Assembly (NCBI GenBank): GCA_010093605.1
Contig: MU004191.1
Span: 1,782,816 to 1,846,815, forward strand
Direction: 5' to 3'
From: Lophium mytilinum
Lineage: Eukaryota
DNA length: 64,000 nt
The translations under genes were made by a program, and so were the position numbers. The notes under the pieces were generated by a model, which searched no databases, was not told the DNA's origin, and saw only the letters and a list, made by a program, of their open reading frames with translations. Below are positions 37,819 through 50,586 of the stretch, piece after piece. Position 1 is the stretch's first letter; each line of letters starts with the position of its first letter.

Positions 37819-39094
37819 TCAAACATTTGAACCACTCCTGTCTAGAAAACTCTCATCATTAAACGCCTTTCCCGGCCACGACTCTTGCCGCCGTCCCATC
37901 TGCTGTGTATTCAGCGGTCTCGGAATCTCCACAACCCTGGTAACATCTGAAGTCGCAATCCCCGACTCCAGCCTGTCATGGCCTTCAAGATCCAATTCCT
38001 CTCCCACTATCGTGTGACGTCCACTAGACGCCTCGACGTCTCGAAAGTAGTGTTCTTCAATCTCCTCCGACGCCGTCCGGACATGCAACTTCCCGCTAAC
38101 GATACTGTCGCCCCTAGAACTCGCCCCATCAGCACCCCGAAGCGTGCTCCGAGAGCCGGATCTCGAGCGCCAGCTATCTTTCTCGCCCCTTGACGCCGGT
38201 CGGTGGGTCCGCACGAACGTCCGCAGGCTAGGCAGGCAGACCGCGAGTAGAGACGACACGATCTCGACGAGCGCCCACACATCAATCGTGTGTGTAATCT
38301 CGGCCCGCGGGACGTGCTCAACCAGCTTGAGCGTAACGAAACGGACAAGCGCGGCAACAATACTCACGCTGCCCATGAGGAAGACGAAGAGCAGGCCCGT
38401 GCGCTCCGCCTTGCCTAGCCGTAGGCCAACAAGGGTAGAGATCGGGATGCTCAAGATGACTAGATCTGTTGCGACGTTCGTGAAAGTGGATACGGTCACC
38501 GAGTTGATAGAGTGCACGGCTGAGCACAAATGGCCCTCGACGTTCCAGTTCGCGCGGATTGGCGCGCACCAGAACGCGATGAGGCACAAGTGCAGGATGA
38601 AAGTTGCGAGCGTGAAGCCGCTAGCGACCCACAGCACGATGCGCGTGGTGCGGCCCTGGAGGCTGAGGATGGAGTAGTAGAAGGCGAGGAATGCGGCTTT
38701 GGAGGCCCAGAGCGAGATGTAGATGAAGAAGAGGGAGATCCAAGAGACGTAGAGGAGGTGGGCGGCTTGGTCTTTGGGGACGCCGTAGTAGATGGATGAG
38801 GGTGGGGCGTGGGTGTAGCGCTCGCGGAGGTTATTTTTCCATGTGTTGATGCTGATGAGGACTATGCCTGAGAGCCAGGCTAGGAGGACGAAGCCGTCGG
38901 AAAGGTTGGTAGAGAGGGAGTGGTGCCCACGGTGGCGCGCGCGAAGTGAGAGGCGGAGCAGGATGGGGATCAGAGCGACAGTCATGAGAGTCCAGTCCAA
39001 GGCAATGAAGCCGGCTTTGGGAGTGTTAAAGATGGTACGATGTGCTAGAGAGGAATTCCTTACGGAGGGGCATGTGAATATCGGTATACACCAT
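37819..39094 (-). CDS. PTH11-like (fungal rhodopsin-domain) integral membrane protein, no CFEM domain
   Basis: About 7 hydrophobic segments, W..KAAFL.FY, C.PI..NW, TDL.IL.IP and W..VE....L..VCLPSLR. Probable first exon MVYTDIHMPL with intron 39063-39011. Confidence 0.85.
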
Positions 39095-40253
39095 GTTGAA
39101 GAGTTGGCGAGGAGAGGATTCAAGATATAGATGGTGATATAAGACCGAAACACTGAAACACTTGCGCAGGGTATCGAGCTCAGCACGATTTCGAACCTGT
39201 GAGCACAAGAAAATTCAATTGGGTATAGAGAACAATAGGTAGAAGAGAAGTCGCAACCAGAACGCCGATCAGAAGAAGAAAATCAGTCGTCCCGCAATTG
39301 TCACTGAGTGTTCATGATGGTCGAGCAGAAAATATTGGGGGTTTCAGGCCTTCCTATGTAAGCTCCCGTCGCATCGTCAACGATGCAGGGCCGTTGTTGT
39401 CAGCAGTCATCGCAATTTGCGGGGAGGCCGTTTTCGTCGCAGGGCTGAACTAGAGACGACAGCCAGCATCGGCTTGTCCATGTGCTCCCGGCTTCGGCGT
39501 GCCAATGGCAGGCCGGTGCGACCGCGGAAGAGCTGAAAATAGGACAAAGTAGAGGGAGGACACGGAGGGGTCGCCGAGCGCGAATCAACAATAGTGGTGG
39601 CGGCTCCTCTGATTCGGCCTTGGTGTTGAGCTTGCAGAAGATGAACACAGGGGAGAAGCCGGAGGCTGTGCTGACATGACTCAGCCTGGGGTATCACGAC
39701 CACGAATAGTCCCGGATAGCCTGGCGATGCGTCGATTCGGTAACGTTGTGCTCAAGCAGCGGGAGTACTCCTTACCGCGCAGATGCAATAGCCAACAGCC
39801 CGACAGTGTGGATGCGGAGGATCGCCATCGTAGTCGTCTCCGAGTCCCCCACTTCGCACCATAGAATATTTTGGCCATGGTGTAGCGAGAATCTGCAGGT
39901 TACCGTCGTGACTAAAAATAGCTACTTTGAGGGGCAGCCAGAGAGACTCGGCTCCTCCCGTTCATCTCAGTTTATTACCCTGAATGGTGAGAGGTGCAAA
40001 CTGTAATAGCATCGCAACAGTCTGTGGCGTTTCATCTTGATCTTGGAAGCCCAAGAATAGACCGGCAACGCATAATAATCGTTAGCTTTAACGTGATTTA
40101 TTGTAGTTATCTGCGCGACGCAAATATAGCTGGTCGAATTCGAAGCATCTAGATTAATTCGTATTCGAAACGATCATGGATCGATACGTGTCTCTAGTCT
40201 AATAGCATGTTGTACAGATTGGGTATACACAGCGTTTTTACAGTATACAGAGT

Positions 40254-41863
40254 CTACCTTGGTCTGACCAAGGCCAGCAAGAGGCTCATAAGAAGTGCAC
40301 CGACAGCGGCACCTTCCAACGTAGCAGCCGTCATATCGACCTTTCTCAACAATATCGGCCTCTCGCTGAGTAGATCAAGGAAATACTCTCGATAATGCTG
40401 AATAAGATCAGTGAATCGCTGCTGCCACGCATGTGGTTGAGTTAGTGCCATCGCCGGCGTCTCCCCAGAGTCTGGTTGCGGGGTGGAAACCGGATCTTGT
40501 GCAGGAGTCTGGACCACCTCGACAGCTTGTATTTCTGGGGTCTCGCGGGAAGTCGGGTCGTCTGCAGCAGCCACAAAAGCTTGAGGAGGGGTGATCGCTT
40601 CGACTGTTGGAGTGGTAGATGCAGGCGTATCTTGGGTGGATGTGTCAGCATCCCCTAGGCTTTCTAAGGTGACCCCAGCCGGCTCCACTACCGAGTCGAT
40701 TGCGTCTTCAAATGACTGAACAGGTACAGCCGGTGTCAAACTTGTAGGAGCTGCCAGAGCTGCAGGAGCTACTATCGGTGCCAGAACTGGCTTCTGTTCG
40801 TCGAGAGTCCTCCGAATCTCGCGCACCAGTCTCCTTCTCCTCCACGGATCAATCACGACCAAGGAGGCGAGGAGGAGGAAGATATTCACTCCCATAAGCC
40901 CAAAGGTTACCCAAGTGCTGTTCCGTCGGATCGTGTCGCTCCAGATCTGCTCTTCATGGTACTGCGCTCGTTCTCGCTTCTCTAGGTGCGATCGTGCCTC
41001 TTCCAGTGACACCTCTGCTGCCAATACGCTGTCTTTTGCTGCTGACACAGCTTGGTCGTTGGCATGCTCGGACCGAATAAGAGACATGTAGCGTTCCAGC
41101 TCCGAATCTAGCCACGAGTTCTTGCGCTCTAGGAGCCGGACGATCTCCTTCTGAGATGCTGACTGTTGAGCAAGTGCAGCGTCCATGGCTTGTTTCGCGT
41201 CTTCGACCAACAGTCGACGAGATCTAACGAGCTCCTCTGCAATTGAAGTTAGACAATTTGTTTAATGCCGAAGCTGATGAGAGCTGCACGCATATACGAG
41301 AAACGCCTACCTTGTTCTCTTATCTCGCGCCGCAGTGCTTCTATTCCTGAGTAATCCGTACCCGTATAGTTGTTCACTTTTTGCGTTACGACGGCCAGCT
41401 TCGGCAAGAGATCATCCATAAGCTCGGAGAACCGCTTTGATAGATTCCAACGCTGCCTGTCTCTGTGGGACGGCAGGTCTTTGTCTGACACTCGTGCGAT
41501 TGTGTCTTCGCTTTTGGGAGGTATTGGAGGCGGAGGCGGAGGCGGTGACAGCGGGGGTGTAGTCGACTCTGGTCTGGGTGAAAGCTCTTGGGAAGGTGTA
41601 TTTAAAGGCTTGGGAGGTTCCTGAAGATGTCTCGGCGAGGTCGAGAGTAGCCGGCGTGTCGTGAGACTTGGTGATCCATTGAAGGCTAATTGACTCTTGC
41701 TTTTCTGTTGCCGAGCGGATACCCGGAACTGGCAGCGGAGGCATACTGAAGCTGGCGAGCTTGCGGCATTGACGAGGAGTGCAATTCGGCTGGGTGCTGG
41801 CCGGGCTAGGGCTCCAGCAAGGTCAAACAGCGAGCGCGAAGCATGCTGAAGCATTGGCCTCAT
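40254..41863 (-). CDS. SHE9: She9/Mdm33 mitochondrial inner-membrane protein
   Basis: NNYTGTDYSGIEAL, SQKEIVRLLERKNSW, QYHEEQIWSDTIRRNSTWVTFGLMGVN and DPWRRRRLV motifs; intron 41310-41237; presequence-like N-terminus. Confidence 0.93.
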
Positions 41864-42107
41864 TGCTTGCGTCGAGCCTCAGTCGCCCATGGAGTGAAAG
41901 GCCGTGGTGGTGGGAAAGTGGACGAGGCAAGCGCGATGCGCGAAGTTGCCCGAAGGACTGCCGGGATGCCACAAGTGGGACCTCCACGTGCTTTGCGGAA
42001 CGTCAATCTTTTGCCCAATTTCTCCCAACACTCTGCACTCACCTCTCGTCCCTGAAATCTCTGCTATAAACCCTTCTTGATTCACCAGAAGTACGGAAAC
42101 AGGCAAA

Positions 42108-43311
42108 ATGGGCTCTGTATCTGAACTCCCGGCCATGAAAACCAACCCCAAGTTCATCTTCTTCACTGATTTCGATGGAACAATCACACTCCAAGACAGT
42201 GAGTCACCATCTGCCTCCTGTCTGTCATGAAAGCCTGGATAAGAGACGGGCGAGAGAAGAAGGCTTGGGCTTCCAGACTGCCTCCGTAATTCGGTCATTT
42301 CAGCCCAATGCGCCCCAAATACCACTGGCCACTCTAAGAACCTCGTCTATGTCACTTAAGCCATCTAAATGCTCGAACTGCTTGCTGAGACTCCGCAGGC
42401 AATGATTACATGGTATGTGAGGAGTCGCTTTCAATCCGAGCTCTCATTGACAGGGGCCTTCGTAGACCGACAACATCGGATATGGGCAACAGAAGCGCCG
42501 CCAAGGTAACATTGATACTCTGCACGGAAAGATCACCTTCAGGTATGACGCTACGTCAGCATTTTTCAGTTCCATCATTAAGTGGAGTTGTGCAGGAATT
42601 CGTTCAAGGAGATGATGGACAGCGTCTCCAAGCCCTACCCAGAGTGCATCCAATACCTGGTTGACAATATCAAGCTCGACCCCGGCTTTGCCGAGTTCTT
42701 CAACTGGAGCTTGGAGAACAATATTCCAGTGGTTGTGCTTTCGTCTGGCATGGAGCCCATCATCAAGGCTCTCCTCGCTGCACTGGTTGGCCCGAACTCG
42801 ACGAAGATGCAAGTTATTGGCAACGATGTTGGGCCAAGGCCTGGCAAGACTATTGACCAGGAGGGCGGCTGGCAGATTGTCTTCCATGACGAGAGTGACT
42901 TCGGCCATGATAAGTCATTGACACTGCGACCGTATGCACAGCTCCCAGCGGCAGTCCGGCCGACCATGTTCTATGCAGGTGACGGCGTCTCCGACATATC
43001 CGCTGCGAAAGAGACGGATCTTCTGTTTGCGAAGAAGGGCCATGGTAGGACTCTCCTACGTCTTTTTATTCAATCTCGCTGACCACTTCAAGACTTGGTC
43101 TCCTACTGCGTGAAGGACGATATCCCGTTCACCCTGTTCGAAGACTGGACGACTATCCTAGCTAAGACGAAGGAGATTGTGTAAGTTCTAGCATCCTTAC
43201 ATCTGGACTAAATCTAACGAGTTCATCAGCGAAGGCAAGACAACTGTCAAGGCTGCCGCCCTCGCGGGATCCGAGGCATACAAAGCCTCCTTGCACTCTC
43301 ACAGCTTGTGA
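42108..43311 (+). CDS. HAD-superfamily phosphatase (MtnX/yeast Pyp1-like), 6 exons
   Basis: FFTDFDGTITLQDSNDYM, VLSSG, FGHDKS and YAGDGVSDISAA motifs. Introns at about 42199-42398, 42413-42465, 42543-42595, 43046-43092 and 43181-43229. Confidence 0.9.
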
Positions 43312-44088
43312 GACCGATTCAGAAATAACTCTGTTCGGACCTGAGTCGAGCTTGGAAACGATTTTTGCATACGCCGACCTGCGGCCTTTTTGACCATTTG
43401 CATTTGCTGCCAATAGAACTATAGATGACGACCCCAGATATACAGGATATAAATAGATTGCTGCTACAAGGGTGCCTCGAGCACCCAAGCCCTTGCTATT
43501 CAATAGTTTGCTCACGATCTGACTGGAGTTTCAAATCTACAAAATTAGAAGCCTAAGTGCCTATTTGACTCTTCTCCGGGCTACACGACATCAGTGCTAC
43601 TCGTCCCCGACTGCTATGTGTATGCTGGGGTAGTCACATGACCATGTCGGTCTCCGGTTCCGCTTGACGTACGATGTGCTGGCATCTCCATCCCACCTCC
43701 AAGGAGCGCGCGTCCGGGGTTGCTAGGGTTGCTCCACCATGAAGCTCACCACCCACCAGCACCCGCCGATTCGACAATTGCAAGCCGGCTGTGGCTGATC
43801 CCGTCCGCCCTCACCGCTTTCCCTCGCAGCAATATCTGGAGAAACGAGTGCCTCGCGGCCGCGTTTGAGTCGCCATCCCACCGCTCCTTTTCTGACGATT
43901 CGAGTACCCCGCTAGTTGGGCCTTCAACCTCACCTCCAGCTCGACTTTTTCGACATTCTAAAAAAATACCCACAACATAGCAGTAGTAGTTAGTAGCAGC
44001 TCCCAGGTACACACCATCCCACCCCGCCGATCCCCAACCAAGCCCTTCGTCCTAACACTCCACCCCCAGCTACACCCTCTCCACAACC

Positions 44089-44988
44089 ATGAACATCGAC
44101 CCCACCACCAACGCGCCCCTCCCCGCCGACGCCATCCAACGCATCCTCTTCATCGCGCCCAAAGTCCACGTCTACAACATCCCCCCGCTCACCTCGACCT
44201 CGGGCTACAAAGCCGCCGCCTGGACGGAGAACAACAACGCGCGCCAGATCTTCACCGCCCGCCTGCGCATCCTCGAGACCGCCGTGCCCCTCCCCGCCTC
44301 CGCTACCCCCTCCTCCCCGACCGCAGAGCCCCAGGAGAAAGTCACAACCACCCTCCTCCTCGAAGACCCCGCCACCGGCGCGCTCTTCGCCGCCTGCCCC
44401 TATACCTCCCCCGCGACCGTCAGCCAGGCGGTCGACAGCTCGCGCTTCTTCGCGCTTGTGGTGGTGGGTGACGGGGGCAGGAAGGCGACGCTGGGGATTG
44501 GGTTTGAGGAGCGCAGCGAGGCGTTTGATTTTAGCATTAGCTTGCAGGACGCGCGGAGGGTGCTGGGGATGGAGAATCCGGGGGCGGCGGCGACGCCTGG
44601 GGGAAAGGGGGGGAAGAAGGGGAAGAGGGAGGAGGAGGAAGGAGGGGAGAAGCGGGATTTTAGCCTGAAGGAGGGCGAGACGATTACGGTGAATATTGGG
44701 GGTAGGGGAAGGAGGGCGGTAGGGGGTGGGTCAGGGGCAGGGGGCCAGGGTGGGGAGGAGAGGGAGAAGGAGGCGCTCTTTTCGATTAAGCCGCCGCCGG
44801 GGAGTGGGAGTGCGGGGGGTTTAGGGGGAGGTGGAGGGGGTGCTGGTGCTGGTGCTGGGATGCCTTTTCTGCCGCCGCCGCCGAGCGCACGGGAGGTCAA
44901 GGAGGAGAGGAGGCGGAGTAGGCAAGCGGCGGAGATGACGCCGAAGGACCTGGGGTTCGATGACGGGGAGTTTGGGGAGTTTCAGTAG
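44089..44988 (+). CDS. NECAP-like adaptin ear-binding coat-associated protein (DUF1681)
   Basis: VHVYNIPP, LFAACPY, DSSRFFAL, LGIGFEERSEAFDF and DFSLKEGETITVNI motifs; acidic C-terminus DDGEFGEFQ. Confidence 0.92.
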   Translation: MNIDPTTNAPLPADAIQRILFIAPKVHVYNIPPLTSTSGYKAAAWTENNNARQIFTARLRILETAVPLPASATPSSPTAEPQEKVTTTLLLEDPATGALFAACPYTSPATVSQAVDSSRFFALVVVGDGGRKATLGIGFEERSEAFDFSISLQDARRVLGMENPGAAATPGGKGGKKGKREEEEGGEKRDFSLKEGETITVNIGGRGRRAVGGGSGAGGQGGEEREKEALFSIKPPPGSGSAGGLGGGGGGAGAGAGMPFLPPPPSAREVKEERRRSRQAAEMTPKDLGFDDGEFGEFQ

Positions 44989-45276
44989 AGGTGAATTGGA
45001 TATGAGGATGGGGTGGCATGAGCGTGTGGTGGTAGATAATTACATTATTAATGGGTCTAATTTGTATATATACATGGCCATCGTCGATCGTTTCTTTTCT
45101 TCTTACTTCGCGCCTGGAGGTGTATGTCCATTCCGGGCGGATATGGGGCTTCAAGCTTCTCAAAAAGACAACTAGCGTTGATGTGAGCCCTTGTGTTCTT
45201 CGCCGCTGTGTCGTCGCGGCGGGACGGGTGGTTCTGGTGTTCATTCTTCTGCCAGTTGCGACAGTCCTCCGCGGTC

Positions 45277-46161
45277 TCAATCCGACCATCCACTTGCCTC
45301 CTGGTAGAGCTTGTTGATATCATCGATCAAGTCCGCCGGCTTCGAGCCCCCATCGCAGTCCGACCACGCACCATCATCCCGTATACACCTAACCTCATTA
45401 TTCAACCGCACCGTGCAGCTCTTCGTGACATTCAACTCCGCGCTGCGCTCCACGCTCTCCCTCAGCAAGCCCATCGCAAACCCGCCATCATCCTCACTCA
45501 CACAATGATTGATCTTATCGAAATCCATGCCATGCTCCAGCGCGCAGTCCTCCAGAAGGCTCTTTTTCGGAATGTCCTCATAGCTCTTGCTCAGACACAT
45601 GGTAAACCCCAGGTATATCTTCGGATCCGGATACACGCTCGCCGCGCATAGCTCGATGATGTTCCCGAGACACTCCGTCTGGCCGTGCTTGCACTGCACG
45701 CCGTCGTCGTCGTGCGTAACCCTAACACGCAGCCGTTAGCCCGTGCTACGACGCCCGTCGCACAGCTCACTGAACTTACTTGCCGATGAACGACAGCTTG
45801 AAATCGACCTTGTCGGACACGTTTTGCATGCTCGGCAGTATGAGCTTCTGGAGGCAGTCGCGCGCATCAGGGCATTTCGACCTAGAGGCACTTGGTCAGA
45901 TGGGGCAGGTCGTCGACGGGTGGGCGGGCCGTGCCCGTCTTACATTATATGGACTTCCAGCGGCACTTTTGTAGCCTCCTGGTGGTTGTGACTCGGGTCC
46001 TGGCATTGGAAGCTCTGGGCGAGGAAGAAGAGGCCGATGATGGCGACGAAGGCGGCGGCGTGGAAGCGTGAGAGACGGGAGCGCACGCCTCGCGGGGGCA
46101 TTGTGGTGTCGTCCGGGGTCTGGGGCGTGGTGGTTGGGAGGAGGGGTGTCTTTGCGTCCAT
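45277..46161 (-). CDS. GILT (gamma-interferon-inducible lysosomal thiol reductase)-like protein
   Basis: N-terminal TM anchor; VHIM|SKCPDARDC; QCKHGQTECLGN; introns 45943-45882 and 45779-45722. Confidence 0.9.
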
Positions 46162-46704
46162 CGTGCAGGTTTTATACGGAGGATGATAGGTATTTTGGGA
46201 TGCGCGCTTTGAGGGAGCGTGAGAGCTGATAAAGTCTTACAGATCCAAGGGAGGAAAAAAGTACGGAGTGGCACAGTTGGTAAGGTCGTAGCTAGCAGCT
46301 AGGGATTGGGGCTCAGCCCAGCCTTCTCAGCTTCTGGTCGAAATCGGCAAGCCCAGACGGAAACCCAAGTGCACGGTTCGGGTCCACCGCGCAGTCACCA
46401 TACCACTACATCGCAACGCTTTTCGGGTGCAACACCAGTGTCCTCAGATACAGCACCCGCCCGCTTCCTGATTGTACGCTGTGTCTGCGTGGCCGCGTAT
46501 GAGGGTGGTTTTCTCTTTATAAATTCATTTTCTGCGCTGTTGCTCGTTGTTTTGGCTTCCATCACTTCGCTTTACATACCCCTCCACGCGTCAGCTTCAT
46601 GCGATTATTTCTTACGGGACTTCGCTATTGTGCACTTGTTTACAGCCTCACATAGTCGCGTTACCTAGTGCTTGTTTATTGTCTCTCTGATCATTTCAAC
46701 CGCG

Positions 46705-48408
46705 ATGCGGAGTTCTGTACAGGCATCCAAAGACGACGCCAGCTTGGATGACTTTCTATCTCCTTTGACCCGCCCGGTGACCGAGGACGGTCTCCTAGAT
46801 CTGGCCCGGAGGTTCACAAACACATATAAACAACTCGCAAGAACATCAACGGAGCATTTTCTGACTACGCCGGTTACTACCCTACCAACTGGGAACGAGA
46901 GGGGCAAATTTCTGACGATTGACTTGGGCGGGACGAACCTCCGCGTCGGATTCATCGAGCTTCTTGGAGAGAATGAGGCAGACGCTGTGAAGCATCAATC
47001 CCAGCACGTACTTCCCTCGAAAATTAGGAGGTCACATGAGAAATCATGGAACATCGAAGAGCACATGAAGATGGACCAGGCCGAGGACCTGTTTGCGTGG
47101 ATTGGTGACTGCATTGCCGAAGTTATTACGGATGCTCTAGATGAGGCTTCAGAAAAGGGGTCTGATGAAGCTCCCTTTGGTGATGAGATACCGTTGGGTA
47201 TCACCTTCAGCTTTCCCATGACGTGAGTATTGTCAACGTTCCTGACTTGCTCTTTCAATGTAGGTTGCATCATGACTACCAAGCTGACGAGTCTATTCAG
47301 GCAAACATCAATGTCAGAAGCGACGCTAATGCCCATGGGCAAAGGCTTCGCCATCACATCTGACTTGAATCTCGGAAAAATACTCTTGGCTGGCTACGGA
47401 CGACATTTAGATGGTCGGAGTACTAACAGCGACGACTCTACATCTGGCGACACGCCTTCAAACAGAAAGAAGAAACTACCATCACTACCGAAGATCCGCA
47501 TTGCTGCCATCACCAACGACACCGTAGCCACCTTTGCCTCCTTAGCCTATGCAGTGCGGTCCACGTCAAACAGCCGCGTCGCCATGGGCCTCATCGTGGG
47601 AACCGGCACCAACGCCACCGTTCCAATGGAACTGGGCTATCTCCATCCCGAGAAAGTTGCAGAGCTTGCGACTCCTGGCAGGGCTGATATGAGGAAGACG
47701 GTCGTCATCAACACCGAGTGGACCATTCGCGGGACTGACAAGCCCCTCGTAGACCTCGACATCAAGACCAAATGGGATCTAGAGCTCGACATGAACAGTG
47801 AAGCCCCAGGATTCCAGCCATTCGAGTACATGACCGCCGGGCGGTATCTAGGCGAGATCGTGCGCCTCGTGTTGTTCGATTTGCTGTCTAGAGACGATAG
47901 CGTGGAAGACGTACCGCAAGGATTAAGTAGGAAGAATGCAATATCAACGCGGTTCCTGTCAACGCAAGTGGCGGATCGGAGCAGCCTCAAGAGTCTTAGC
48001 GCAGAGCTTGAGAAGATAATACCTTCAAAATCTGCTTTTTGGACCCCACAGCGGTGCGAGATGGTTCGGAAGATTGCGCTGGCTGTCCAGCAACGGTCGT
48101 CTGCCCTCGTTGCGGCGGCCATTGTAGGACTGCTTGGGTGCGTGCAGGATATTCGGCTAGACGATACTGGAGGAATAGACGGCGTGGGCTCAAGTCCTTC
48201 GGAAGAGATCATCATTGCATACACGGGAGGCCTGGCATCGGGGTATCGGGACTGGCTCCCTGATTGTCAGAACTGGGTTGATGTTCTCATTCGCAAGGGC
48301 TCGGTAGCGAATGCGTCGAAGCGGGTGGTGTTGAAGGAGGCGGTAGATGGAGGGGTCATCGGCGCTGCTGTGCTAGCTGGGATGACGGAGGGCGCTGCAG
48401 GTAGGTAG
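46705..48408 (+). CDS. Hexokinase-family protein, atypical MGKGF type
   Basis: IDLGGTNLRV, LGITFSFP, MGKGF, ITNDTVAT, IVGTGTNA, INTEW, PGFQPFEYMTAGRYLGEIVR and DGGVIGAA motifs; intron 47223-47300; start codon uncertain. Confidence 0.92.
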
Positions 48409-49323
48409 GGCGTTTAGCTTGGAGGCCGATAGATGAGTGCATCGCAAACAAAAAGAAGGTAGACTAGAGGCGCTTTACTTTGACTCAGTCTCATATTTCA
48501 CGTCAAAATCTGCCCAGCCTCGCGTTTGTTCTCGTAACTCATATTGAAACACTAGGTTTGGGAAGATTGATAGAGATGTTTCACCTGTGCTATCATGGTC
48601 TATCTTTGGACATTAACGCAGCAGGTAAAACGTGGGTTGTAGTGGGAGCCTAGGTGAGTGACATTGTTGGACGAGGAGGTAGCCCTGCCATGCTTAATCT
48701 ACCTTAAGATACTGCCTCCGCCAGGTTGATAAATTGGTGTAACCTTTTGCAGACTGCATACATGAGTGCTCGATGTATAGTATTCTGCACCACATTCGGC
48801 CCACGATGTTTGAAGCTGTGGTGTTGTTGGGAAGCAGCTACCCGCCCGATGCGGGAGTGGCTCGGTCTTAGCGTCACATGCTGCACAAACACCAAACGAC
48901 CTCTTCACACTCCTCTACCTAATCTCTGATTTCGACATCTCGATTCCTCAGACAGACTGTGCATTCACTCTCACATATCATAACGGCTTGGCTTTCGAGG
49001 CACTTGCAAGCCCAAAAATGCGGATGTAATTCCGTATCTGATATCAGTTCACGAAGCACGCTTCTCCACCTGGGCACAAGCCACCACGATCCTTCTCTGA
49101 GACACTCTCACACTTACCAAACGCACAGACGGGCCGCCCATAGTGCCACATCACCTCCACCACGGCTTTCCCGCGTTCTTAACTGCCCACTGCGGTTCGC
49201 AGGTTCCACTCGTTCACAATCAAGGTAAGATATAGATCTCCTGTTGTTACATTCTGCGCGACCTGCAAGGGCTTTTAGATCTCTGTTGACAGCTTCATAG
49301 TATTCGTCTAGGACGACATAAAG

Positions 49324-50586
49324 ATGCGCCTCGGATCTAAGACCGCAGTTCTCCTCTGCGTGGCTTTTAACTCTTTCGCCCAAAGTTCCCAAGGTCCCTC
49401 GCCCTCGCAACTATGCTACTACGACGTAGGCAAGCTCGCCTCGGAAGAGATCATACCGTGTTTTGAGGGTAGCCCAATCTCGTCGTGCTGCATGAAGGCA
49501 AGCAACTGTCTGGCCGACAATGCTTGCTGGGATCCCGCGAGTGGGGCCACCTACCAGTACGGCTGTACGGATTCAGCCTACGAGGATGAGAGATGCCCTT
49601 GGAAGTGCGGCTTTGACACCGGTACGCCACACGGCGCAAGATAAGAGTAATGTTCCGGCTGACAATCACCAGACGCATCGCCCTGGGTAGGACTCGTCTA
49701 TTGCGACGGCGAGGGTGACACTACCAGTACTCACAATCCTAACAACACCTGGTTATGCCATCACCCAGACAACTGTGGGGGCCCGAAACTGTGTCCCAAG
49801 GAGACTGTTTGGCCTGCCTTGCCAACTAAGTGGCCAATAGTCTCCTGCGGTCAGCTGAACGACCCCAGCGCCACCGCGTTCTTGGACGGCAACCCGTTGG
49901 AATCGATCATAGTTCTTCCCAAAGACTCCAAAGGCGTCGCTAGCTACTTCTCAGCTCATCCTTTTCCGACTCCCCCTCCCAGTTCGCCGATTCTCTCAAC
50001 CAGCTCGTTCGCATCGACGACGCCGAAAGTCTCAAGTCCGTCAACCCTTGCGACTCTTACGACTAATCCAACGAGCTCCCCATCGTCCACGTGGCCCGTT
50101 TCGGGGCCCACCACTGGGCCTGACAGCTCCGACTCCGGACATTCATCCACCCTCAACATCGGCCTCGGTGCCGGCATCGGCATCCCCGTCTTCTTCATCG
50201 TCACAGGCCTGCTCAGCTTCTACGGCTGGCGCAAGCACAAGCGAAGCAAGCATTCCAAGATAACATCGCAGCAAGATCCGCCCACTCCAATGATCGATAC
50301 GTATGCAGTCGGCGCAGCAGGCTCTGGTTTCACACACAAGGCTGAACTCGACAGCACGCCTATCAACAGCCCCACTATGACTACCATGGGCTCCGGGGCG
50401 GACAACGGACCTGGGAAGTCGGTGTTTGAGATGGAGAGTCCCCAGGCCTCGCCCGTGGCACCGGTGCATCGCAATTTCTCGCAGCCGCCGGGTGAGGAGG
50501 TCTATGAGATGGAGGGGGACATTCCGGTTAGGCCGGCGCCGCAGGAGATGCCTTCGCCTCTGCAGCCGAAGCGGAGAATCGATTAG
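49324..50586 (+). CDS. Single-pass cell-surface protein: signal peptide, Cys-rich domain, Ser/Thr stalk, TM helix, cytoplasmic tail
   Basis: MRLGSKTAVLLCVAF signal; CC...CL.DNAC...YQYGCTD..Y.D..CP..C; intron 49622-49672; IGLGAGIGIPVFFIV...WRKHKR; AELD and YEMEG tail motifs. Confidence 0.85.

Noticed and set aside
46306..46704. In-frame hydrophobic extension upstream of the hexokinase, separated by a TAG at 46666
   Set aside because: No ATG or clear intron connects it; a membrane anchor cannot be supported without transcripts.
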